This document shows positions 23,301 to 34,800 of a stretch of 39,381 bases of DNA, piece by piece. Source of the DNA: Lama guanicoe (Eukaryota); the NCBI GenBank assembly GCA_013239625.1, contig MU054032.1, forward strand, positions 744,001 to 783,381. Reading direction: 5' to 3'. The notes under the pieces were generated by a model. That model was given only the letters and a program-made list of their open reading frames with translations. It searched no databases and had not been told where the DNA came from. Numbering within the stretch: the first letter of the stretch is position 1; each line of letters starts with the position of its first letter. The translations under genes and the position numbers were made by a program.

Positions 23301-26300
23301 CTAAGCCAAGACCTGGCCATCCATGACGAGCTGGATGGTGGGGAGTGGAAGTTCTGTGAGGGGCGCCCGCAGGGCCACGAACAGTTTGGGTTCTGCCAGC
23401 AGGGCACGGCCGCTGCCTTCTCTCCAGACAGCCACTACCTCCTCTTTGGAGCCCCGGGAACTTATAACTGGAAGGGTGAGTCACACCTGGGGGAGGGGAG
23501 AAGGGAACCAAAATGTCCCAGTACCTCAGAGAGGGGACTGGGGGCAGCACGGTGCCAAGCATGCCCACAAGTTCACTGCCACGCCTCCCACCACCGTCAT
23601 GCCAGTATACACACATTCACGAATGGGGCTATCTCCTCTCCTTCGCATGGCTGAGTGTTCTGCAACAGGCTGGCACGAGTCCCCACATCCACCGCTGGGC
23701 ACCTGCCCTGCCGGGGCGCGCATGCTCCAACACACCAGCCCACCCTTCATCACTCCCATTCCCATCTCTGCACGCTGCCGCTGGCCAGGCTGACACTCGG
23801 TGAGTGTGATGCCAAGTCTGGGGGACCCCAGGCAGCTTGGGCCGGGGAGGGGGTGGAGACAGGGCTGGAAAGGAGAGGAGGGGCTTCCCTGGGGGCCTGT
23901 CTAACATCCGGCCTGGGGGTGCACCTCACTTCCTGCCCCGGGCACTAACAGATCTGTCCTTGCAGGCACAGCCAGGGTGGAGCTCTGTGCACAGGGCTCA
24001 GCGGACCTGGCACATCTGGACGACGGGCCCTACGAGGCGGGGGGTGAGAAGGAGCAGGACCCCCGCCTCATCCCGGTCCCTGCCAACAGCTACTTTGGTA
24101 GGGACCCCTCCCCGGCCCAGAGCTGCTCTAACCCTCTGTTCCTCTTTCTCTCATCCTCCCTCTCCACGCTCCCATCCTTCTGTCTCTGTCTCTGTCTCTC
24201 TGTCTCTGATTCTTATCTCTCTGGTCTCTTTGTCTCTCTCATGTTCTTTCTCCACTTCTTCCTCTTCTACCTTCTCCTTGCCTTTCTGCCTGCCTCTGTC
24301 TCTCCACTCTGTGGCCTCTTCCCTGGATGTCCCTCCCTGGTGTCTCCCCCCACCCCCACCCCATCCCCCGCAGGGTTGCTCTTTGTGACCAACATTGATA
24401 GCTCAGACCCTGACCAGCTGGTGTATAAAACTTTGGACCCTGCTGACCGGCTTCCAGGACCAGCCGGAGACTTGGCCCTGAATAGCTACTTAGGTTTGTA
24501 AGCGCCCCTCCACGTCTTCCTGGGCCCTGGGGGCTTGGCCTGGCCTCCCCTCCTCTCCTGCCCTGCCCCACAACAGCACACTTTCAGGGAAATACCCACT
24601 GGGCCCAACTTACAGAGAAGAGCTGAGCCCAGTAACCAGGATGGAGGAGAAGAGGCCCCAGGGGTGACAGCCTAGGGGGCTGTGACCGGGGTCTCTGGAG
24701 GAAGGTCCAGGTGGGTGGGACTGTCCCGGGAAGGAAGGAAGCTAGACCTCTGGGGGCCTTCCTCTGAGGGAGGGATGGTGGGCACGTGTGCAGACAGGTC
24801 CAGCTGTGTTGGTAAGTCCCTCTCATTGTCTCATCTGCATCCCTCTGCAGAAGAGGAGGAAATGAAGCCCGGGAGATGTTTGGGTGAATCAGGTTCTCCC
24901 CTACTCCCCCATGTCTCCCCCCTCCCATCCATGTGAAGACTTTCTCTCCCTGCTTGGATGGTGGGAATAGGGGCAAGGAAGGTGCATTGGATGGAATGGG
25001 GGCCTCCTGAGTGTGCAGAGGGTAGAGCAGTTCCCTGGGAATCATATGGGAGGCGACCTGCCCTAGCTCCTGCCAGTGCCACAGCCCCCTGCCCAGCTCC
25101 TTGGCCTTCTCAGTGGCCTTTCTCCTTCCTCCCCAGTCCTTGAGGCCGACCTCACCGCAACCCTTGTGCCAGCCCCCAGTATCTGGGTGGGGAGGGCTGC
25201 CAGGCCTCCAGAGGGGAGGAGGAGTGGTGCAGCCGTGGTGGGGATACCTTGGCAGGCGCCTTCCACCTATTGGCTCCAACCTGCTCGGAGAGAGGCAGGG
25301 TGGGGGAGCGCTTACTAGTGGGTCGCCCCCACTCAGGTTTCTCCATTGACTCGGGGAAGGCGCTGATGCGAGCAGAGGAGCTGAGCTTTGTGGCAGGGGC
25401 CCCTCGTGCCAACCACAAGGGTGCTGTGGTCATTCTGCGCAAAGACAGTGCCAGCCGCCTGGTGCCCGAAGTTACACTGTCTGGGGAGCGCCTGACCTCC
25501 GGCTTTGGCTACTCACTGGCTGTGGCTGATCTCAACAATGATGGGTGAGAGAGGGCCGAGGGAAGTGGAGCCTGGGGGAGGCTGGGTCCGGGAAGGGTGA
25601 GGGGCCTCTGGCCTTTCCTCCTGACTCCCCAGGCTGGGAAGGACCCCACACTGACTGTCTTCCTCTCTCCGTAGCTGGACAGACCTGATAGTGGGTGCCC
25701 CCTACTTCTTTGAGCGCCAAGAAGAGTTGGGGGGTGCCGTGTATGTGTATATGAACCAGGGGGGTCACTGGGCTGGGGTCTCCCCTCTCCGGCTCTGCGG
25801 CTCCCCCGACTCCATGTTTGGGATCAGCCTGGCTGTCTTGGGGGACCTCAACCGAGACGGCTTCCCAGGTGTGACTGGGACCGGGAGAGGCTCAGGGGAG
25901 GGAGGGGGCAGGGCAGGGGTGGGGAGGTACCTCTGAGGTCAGGAGGAAGGTCCTCTGAGGGCCCAGGGAGGGGAGCAGCCTAGGCTCACACCTGGGCAGC
26001 TTTGTGACCTTGGGCAGGTGCCCCTTCTGAGCTAGCGTTATCTGCAGAGAGTAGCTGAGAGGACTGAACGTGATGCGTGTAAGGCGCCCAGGACTTAGTA
26101 GCCGCTCAGGAAGATCGGGAAGACAGGACATGGAGCTGAGTGACTGAGGGAAAGCTGGGGCCTGGACCTTGTGCCTCTCTGCCCCCTGCCCCCCCAGGTC
26201 TGATTGCCTTTCTCCTGCTCCCGCAGACATCGCCGTGGGGGCTCCCTTCGATGGGGATGGGAAAGTCTTCATCTACCACGGGAGCAGCCTGGGGCTTGTC

Positions 26301-28836
26301 GTCACAGCTTCCCAGGTGAGGGCAGTGGCGGGACCAGGAACGGGCGTGGGTGGGGCAGGGAGCTGGGCCGCAGCGGCAGGGGAGGCAGAGGCCCGGGGGT
26401 GGTGGGTGGGAGGCCGACGGTCTGGCCCCGCAGGTGTTGGAGGGCGAGGCCGTGGGCATAAAGAGCTTTGGCTACTCGCTGTCGGGCGGCCTGGACGTGG
26501 ATGGGAACCATTACCCGGACCTGCTGGTGGGCTCCCTGGCCGACACAGCTGTGCTCTTCAGGTGAGCCCTCCTTCTGCTCTGTCGTCTTTCTCCCCTGGG
26601 CCCGGAGCACCCCCCTCCCCGTCCTCCCCGCCCCGGGCCAGCTCTGCTGCTGGAGAGTCCACCACCTCCCCGCTTTCCCAGCCTCAAGTTCTCGTGCCTC
26701 CTGTGCCCTCCACTCCCCATTCCCCAGGGCCAGGCCTGTCCTCCACGTCTCCCACGAGGTCTCTATCCTTCCGAGAACCATCGACCTAGAACAGCCCAAC
26801 TGTGCTGGCGGCCACTCAGTCTGGTGAGGTGGGATCCCAGGGGAGGGCGGAGGGGAGCCTCCAGGGTCCAGTCTTGCACCTCCAGCTCCCTTTCTCTGCC
26901 CAGTTTGGGGCTGGGGCTGGGGCAGGAGTGTCCGGGGTCGAGGTGGGACCGTGGCCTGTCAGCCTCGCCTTTGTCCCTGCAGCATGGACCTAAGGGTCTG
27001 TTTCAGCTACGTCGCATCGCCCAGCAGCTACAGCCCTGTTGTGGGTGAGTGAGGCCCCTCCACCACCACCCCACTGGGTCTCCCGGTGCGTCCCCCGAGG
27101 TGGAGGAAGGGCCGACTGGAGCCCTTCCCCAGCTCACTGGCTCCTCCTCTCCCACCTGCCACAGCCCTGGATTACACGTTAGATGGGGACACAGACCGGA
27201 GGCTCCGGGGCCAGGTCCCCCGTGTGACCTTCCTGAGCCGTGGCCCGGATGACCCTAAGCACCAGGCCTCAGGCACCGTGTGGCTGAAACGCCAGCATGA
27301 CCGAGTCTGTGGTGACACCACGCTCCAGCTTCAGGTGCACGCTGCCCCCTTGGCCCCTGAGGGTCACTCTCACATCCTCTTTCTTCCTGCTTTCCTCTCA
27401 GCTTCTTCCCTAACACACGCACACCTCATTCTAAGATCTCGACCTTGGGGAAGGCTCCCTATTGAGCTGACCACCCCCACCCACCAACCGCTGCCTTCTT
27501 GCCTCTCCTGTTAAGCTCGGTCCTCCCTGCAGATGGTGACAGCAGGTTGAGTCTTCACGTCTGGTTCTCAAAGCCCTGCTCTCCTCCCATCTCCACCCCA
27601 GTCGCTCTCCCTCCTCCTTGCCCAGTTCTCACCTCTCTCCTGCACCTCCCTGAGCCTCTTTCCGAATTTCGGGATCTGTCTCAGGTCTGGCTGGGGCTTT
27701 GGGCAGGGCTGGGGCTGGGGGTTGTTCTTGTATCCACGCCTGTCTTTTCGCTTCCCAGGAGAATGTCAAAGACAAGCTTCGGGCCATTGTGGTGACCCTG
27801 TCCTATAGTCTCCCGACCCCTCGGCTCCGGCGACAGGCTCCTGGCCAGGGGCTGCCCCCAGTGGCCCCCATCCTCAATGCCCACCAGCCCAGCACCCAGC
27901 GGACGGAGGTGAGCATGGGTTCCAGCTTAGCCCAGGAAAAGGAGCCGTGGCCCCTTGCCAGTGACACTCACTCACAGCTTGCAAGACTCTTTCACCTGTT
28001 ACCCCAGTATTTCCTCCTGTTTCTAGATGCTGTAACAGGGTGGACCCCAGATGAAACATGGCCCAAGTGATCATGAGTTCCTAGTTGGAGGGGACAGGCA
28101 GGCATTCAGGGGCCCAGGGTTGTGGGGCTCTGCCGTCTTCAAATGTGGTCTCCAAGGCCATCTCTATCCCAGCCTGCTGGAGGGGAGTGTGGCGCTCCTT
28201 GCATGGGATTCACGGCCGGTCTGGCAGTGGCGCTCTTCACTTCGCGTTCTAAGTCTGGGGCTCAGTTACATGGGAGAAAGGCCGAGGAAATATGGCCTTG
28301 CTCTGGACTAGCCTGCTAGCCTCTACTGCGACATCGTAATACTCCCATCATTTTGCTGATGGGGCCCCAGCTCAGAGTGGTTGAGTGACCAGCTCGATAT
28401 CACACAGCTGGGAAGCCGCAGATCTTTGAGTTGAACACAGGCTATTTACCCCTGTGATCCTCTACCCCACCTAGGCAAGGCACATTCACCCCCTAGTAAT
28501 GACCCTCCTCGAATCTCTCCTCAGATCCACTTCCTGAAGCAAGGCTGTGGGGAAGATAAGATCTGTCAGAGCAACCTGCAGCTGGTCCACGCCCGTTTCT
28601 GCACCCGCATCAGTGACACCGAGTTTCAGCCTCTGCCCATGTGAGGCGGAGCAAGGGAGCAGGCGGGGTGGGAAGGCAAGAGCTCCAGGATCGAAGGAAG
28701 TCCCCTCAGGAGCGCCAGTCTGCAGGGAGAAAGCGGAAGGCTGGGGGGGACCTGCTGATAATTCAGAAGTTTGCAGATGAGGGCAGTGGTGGACCCACAG
28801 GTGCTCCCCTGGCAAGGAATGACAGGCCTTCACTAT

Positions 28837-28867
<31 letters not shown>

Positions 28868-31800
28868 AACATACAGTTCACATATCATATCTCTCTCTTT
28901 TTAGTCTTCACGACCCTGTGAGATAGGAATTCTTGTAAATCCCACTTTATAAATGGAAAATGGAGGCCTAGAGAGGTTAGGTTACTTGCCCAAGGTCAGT
29001 TAGTGGTGGAGCTGGGACCAGAATGGAGGTCCCCTAACTCCAAGTCTTGATTCTCTTAAGCCTGAGATTTGGGAGACCCAGGCGGGAGGAGAGGGGGCAT
29101 GACCTGGGGGAAGGAGGCAGGAGAGGGGGAGGCGGGGGGAGGTGTTCAGATCTTAGAGTGAGTGGGATCTGACCCTCCAGGGACGCGGATGGGACGACAG
29201 CCCTGTTTGCACTGAGTGGGCAGCCAGTCATTGGCCTGGAGCTGAAGGTCACCAATCTGCCCTCGGACCCAGCCCAGCCCCAGGCCGACGGGGATGACGC
29301 TCACGAGGCCCAGCTCCTGGTCACCCTCCCTGCCTCTCTGCACTACTCAGGAGTCCGGGCCCTGGACCCTGCGGTGAGGACCTGGGCAGGGTAGGCGTGG
29401 GGTGTTCAGGGGCTCCAGCAACCCAAGCTGACCTCTCCTTCTCTCCCCACTCCAGGAGAAGCCACTGTGCCTGTCCAATGACAACGCCTCCCACGTCGAG
29501 TGTGAGCTGGGGAACCCCATGAAGAGAGGCGCCCAGGTTGGCACATCTGCCCCTGTCCGTATCCAAGTGGCTCTCTATCCCCCGATCCTTCCTCAAGCCC
29601 CTTGCCCTTCTGAACTCTCATCCTGCTCCGTCCTTGGTCCAGGTCACCTTCTACCTCATCCTTAGCACCTCGGGGATCACCATTGAGACCACAGAGCTAG
29701 AGGTGGAGCTGCTGTTAGCCACGTAAGTCTGGTGGGGCCAGGGTGGGTGATGGTGGGGCAAGTTGGCTGGAAGTCCACCTAGAAGGGGCTTCACTGTCCT
29801 CACTTGACCCCTTGGGGTGGCGTCTGTGCCCGCTGCCCACGCCCGCCCTGCCACACGCCAGGATCAGCGAGCAGGAGCTGCGTCCGGTCTCTGCCCGAGC
29901 TCGTGTCTTCATCGAGCTGCCGCTGTCCATCACGGGGTAAGCCCTGCCCAGGGGAGCACCGCCGCCAGAGGGGTGGGCACTGCTACTCCCAAACCCAGGC
30001 CTGGGCTCTGCCTCACCCTCCCATCAGGCCCCAGGCCTCCTGAGCCCCCGTTTTGACCCCTCCTTGCCAGGGTGGCTATTCCCCAGCAGCTGTTCTTCTC
30101 CGGTGTGGTGCGGGGTGAGAGTGCCATGCGGTCTGAGCGGGATGTGGGCAGCAAGGTCAAGTACGAGGTCACGGTGAGTGTCCTGGTGAGGCCCCTCCTT
30201 CTTGGCACAGAGGAGGGGCTGAGATCTGCCCCAGGAGCTGTGGCTCTTCTCCCATATGGCCGCATGGTGGTCTAGCGAGTTCGAGGCCTCGCTCAGCTCC
30301 TGGGCCTTGGCTGTGGGCAGGTGTTTGTGCTGGGGCCTCAGTTGGCCATTTGCTGCTCAGCCCTGGCCGGCCGTCTCACCTGCTGTCTGGGGAGCCCATG
30401 AGGGCCCAGGGCAGCTGCTCTGCCTAGGGCCTCAGCTGGGGGCTGGGGACTCAGAGGCAGGGCAGCTGTCTCTCTCCCGGACTCTGCCCTGGCACGGCTG
30501 GGGCCTTCCCACACCTCTAGTGGCATCTCTAGGTTTTCCTGGGCTTGGGGCGGGCAGAGACTGGCTCCTGGATCTAGGATCCTGGGTCTTTGTCGAGACT
30601 CTGCTCTCCGAGGCCTCCCCGCAGCCCGCGTGCTCTCCATCCCCAGGGATTTAGTGGCCTTCACGCTCGCTTGTGCCCACAGGTCTCCAGCCACGGCCAG
30701 TCACTCAGCACCCTGGGCTCTGCCTTCCTCAACATCATGTGGCCCCACGAGATTGCCAACGGAAAGTGGCTGCAGTACCCCATGCGGGTGGAGCTGGAGG
30801 GCGGGCAGGGGCCCAGGCAGAAGGGGCTCTGTTCCCCCAGGCCCAACGCCCTCTACCTGGTGAGGCTTAGGCCGGGTGGGCGGGGCTGCTGAAGCAGGGT
30901 CGGGGGTGGGGGGTAGACTTGGGGAAGGACGCTGTGGGCTGGGAGTGTGTGGGTAGGAGATGCCATCTCAGGACTGCTGCGTTTGGAGGGACCCTCACTG
31001 GGCCCCCTCCCCACCTCAGGATGTGGACAGCAGGGACAGGAGGCGGCGGGAGCTGGGGCAGCCGGAGCAGCCCGACCCTCGTGAGCAGCCGGAGCCCAGC
31101 ACGTCCTGGTGGCCAGTGTCCTCTGCCGAGAAGAAGAAAAACATCACCCTGGTGCGGGCAGGGCAAACTTGGTGCAGCCAGGATGGGGGAGGGGGCGCGT
31201 GGTATGATAGAGGATGCGGGTGGTGGGGAGGGAATGGTGTGTCAGGATGGTGGGTGGTGCGTGGGGAGGTGCGATGGTCTGACACCCGGGCAAGTTGACA
31301 GGACAGTGCACAACACACCTGTGAGGCAGCTGCAGATGCCAAAGTCCCACCCCTCCACGCTCAGCAGGTGCTTACTCCAGGGCAGGCACTTACCTATAGC
31401 CTTTTCATCTTGTGGATGAAAGTTCACGGTTTATAGAGGTGGGATGGTCTTAGCCACCTCTGAGATCTCTTTGTTCTTCTTTTGAGTTCTTTTTCGACAA
31501 AAAGTCAATTTGCATAAGGAAACCTGCTTGATTTTCACAATGTCAAGGACGCTTTAGGTTTTTGACAGTTCTAGCAATTAAATTGGTAGTATATTTATGT
31601 GATTTATTGTCTCTCCTTTTTGAGCAGTGTTGCCCCCCCTTTTCCTACTTGTGTCACCTAGCTTTGTTCCACAAGCAGACTTATTGAGCAGATTAGCGCA
31701 TGCTCTGTGCTGTCCCTTGTAGGGCGGTGCTGGCAGGGAGAGTGAGCAGGGGACATAGGTTAGCGGGGTACTTGGTCTGGTGGCAAGGGGGTGAATCCCA

Positions 31801-34800
31801 GGTGTGGAAGGAAGGACAATAGTGGCAAGAAGAGTCAAAGAGGCCTTTTCAGGGGAAGCTAAGCGGCAGGGCCAGCTGTGGTGTCAGCTGTCTGGGAGGG
31901 AGTTCCACTGCCACACCCCATCCCTCTCGGGGCTTCCTCAGCTTCTCTGCTCGCCCGAGAGCATGACCTGAAGCAAACGAAGGCGCCTCAGGGATAGTAA
32001 GAGCTTGTGTCATCGCTGTTTCCCTGACATATGGCTAGTCCTGGCCTTCCCCATGTGACTGGTTTCCTCGGAAAGCCCTCCCTTTCTGATAATAACTTTG
32101 AAATGGATTCTTTTACTAGAAATGGCATTTAGACAGATTGACCAAGGATTCTTGAATTGCACCAAAGCGGCAAAATAAAGGATGACGCAAGGAATTCAAA
32201 CACTGTCAAAGCCAGTCTTCTGTATACGAAGTGTGATAAATAGAACATTAATCTTAGGCGAACAGGCCATTAGGTGGGATTGGGTCAAATGGATTTAAGT
32301 CAGGCCTGGAAGGAGCAGGGCCTAAGTCCCCTGCCCCCCAGCGGCTCTGGGGCAGCCTCATCCTCCTTCAGTGAGTTTGGGCTTAGCAGAGGAATGCGGC
32401 TTTGCCCACTCTGGACCTGGGTTCAAATATCTGCTCCACCTCCTAGCAGCTTCGTTAGCTGTGTGACCTGAGGGAGGTCACCTGGCTTGTTTGAACTTGA
32501 ATTTCCTAGTTTGAAAGATGGAGATGATGGTAATATGCACGTTGCAGAACAATAGCACATTTAAATGGGGCAAGTACCTCGCAGATAGTAGATGCTCAGT
32601 AAATGGGACCGTCATTAGGTAGCAGAAGCGGCACCTGGGGAAGCTGCTCTGCCTGTTGCTGTCCTCCCTGCTCCCCATGCATCTCAAAGCCAAATAGCCC
32701 GGATTTGGGGTAGGCTGCTGTTTTGGACCAAGGGTTAGTTTGGGAAGACTTCCTGGAGGAAGGGGGCTTGAAGCCAAGTAAGGAAAATGGGATAGATATT
32801 GAATGAGGAGCCAAGGGAATGGGAGGCTCAGGGAGGGATGGAGGGAAGGCTCTGGGCAGACTCAGTGTCTGTGTGAGCACGACTGTGAGGGTGCTGGGCC
32901 CTGAGCAGCTCAGTGGGGTGGGGCCACGCGGCTCAGAGCCTCGCCTGTCCTGGTCCCCAGGACTGCGCCCGGGGCACGGCCAACTGCGTGGTGTTCAGCT
33001 GCCCTCTCTACAGTTTTGACCGCGCGGCTGTGCTGCACGTCTGGGGCCGCCTCTGGAACAGCACCTTCCTGGAGGTGAGCGCACGGCCAGGGCACCGGGC
33101 TGGGCGTCCTCTTCCCCAACAGCCCCTCGGGGACTCACTTCTCCTCCCACCTCCTCTGTGTCCAAATGCAGCACACTGGGCCCAAGACAGGCGGAAACAC
33201 CCTCTTCCATTTACAGCTTCAGAAGCTGGGGGAGGGGGGCCTTAGGCATTTAGGAGGAGGGTCTCCTTCCCTGCTCCCTTAGGAGTACTCAGCTGTGAAG
33301 TCCCTGGAGGTGATCGTTCGAGCCAACATCACCGTGAAGTCTTCCATCAAGAACCTGCTGCTCAGAGACGCCTCCACAGTGGTGAGCTGCAGGGCTGGGG
33401 AGGAGGGGCCGGGGCATCTCTTCTCTCCTGACGCTCCCGCCCTCGTTCCGAGAACTCCTCCCTCCCCAGATCCCAGTGATGGTATACCTGGACCCCGTGG
33501 CAGTGGTGGCAGAAGGAGTCCCCTGGTGGGTCATCCTCCTGGCTGTCCTGGCCGGGCTGCTGGTGTTGGCGCTACTGGTGTTGCTCATGTGGAAGGTGAG
33601 GCTTGGGGAGGGGGAGGCCGGCGGGGGCTGGGCTCCTTGTCAGGCAGGTGGCCTCTCCAGGTGTGGTTCTCTCACCCACACTCCCATTTCTTCAGCAGAT
33701 CTGCACTGAGCCCTTACCCTGCACGTACCAGGGACCCTGTCGGGCCCTGGACCGTTCGGAGATAAGTCAGGTGCAGATCTTGTCAGAGGTTTTATAGTCT
33801 CGTGGGGGAGGGGAGCCTGTGGTCAAGGACAAGGCAGAGGTACTAAGTCAGGAGAGTGCAGGGGGAATTCAAGGGGGGAGAGCTTGAGAGCCGGGGGCCT
33901 GGAGCTGGGCCTTAGCAGGTGGGGTAGCAGGGTCTGGATGTGGGGAGGTGAATGGGTGGGTCTGCGCCTTTCAAAAGGACCATGGGAGGCAAAGCCATGG
34001 AGGCAGGGAAATGTGGGCTGATTTAACTAGAGCATGGCAAGTAATGCTAGGAAGGAAGCTGTGGCCACGAAAGCCAACCAGTGTGGAGAACTGCCTCCAG
34101 GGAACTGTCTCCAGGACCGAACTCGGATCCTGCACATTCCAGGCTCCACGTGGAACCATGCTCGTGCACAGAGTGTAGCCAGAACCACGTGTGCATCTGG
34201 GGCTGCACTGGGAGCACATACGAGCACATGTCAGTACAGTCACACCCGTCACCTGCGGTCATCCCCTGAACCACATGCTACGTTTGCGGAACCACGCACG
34301 CCCTTGGGGCTTTAGGGGGAACTGCCCCTCCCCTCCTCCCGGGGACCACAGACCAAGCACACGCTCTGGCACATGGGAGTCATCAGGGGACCAGGCCTCT
34401 GGGCGTCCAGGCTGTTGGGAACCTTGCCAGCTCTTTTTAGGGGAGATTGATGCCTGGGAGAAACTGGCTCCCGGATCTCTGCTTCCTGCTCGCACGGAAG
34501 GGGGGCCGAGCAGAAGTGGGGGCCCCCATCTTTCTCCAGTCTTCCCATCCTCCACCTCTTCTGCTCCCCTCCTCCCTTACATCCCAGTGTGGCTTCTTCC
34601 ATCGGAGCAGCCAGAGCTCATCTTTTCCCACCAACTATCACCGGGCCCATCTGGCTGTGCAGCCCTCGGCCATGGAAGCCGGGGGTCCAGGGACTGTGGG
34701 GTAATTGTGTGTGAGCATGTGTGTGTGCGTGTGTGGGGATGTATGTGTGTGAGTGTGAGATACTCCCAGTAGTCACGGGACCAGGAACGTGCAGGGTGAA

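Noticed and set aside
23977..24501. 174-aa ORF running X1-intron-X2 (in-frame 276-nt intron retention)
   Set aside because: The lack of stops follows from the purine-poor tract; the insert is low-complexity and would disrupt the beta-propeller. No independent support.
24584..25279. 231-aa antisense ORF and similar long ORFs (12639-13220, 34191-34772, 26169-26789)
   Set aside because: No recognisable domains, P/G/S/R-rich composition, many non-ATG starts; expected by chance in GC-rich DNA or as shadows of real exons.
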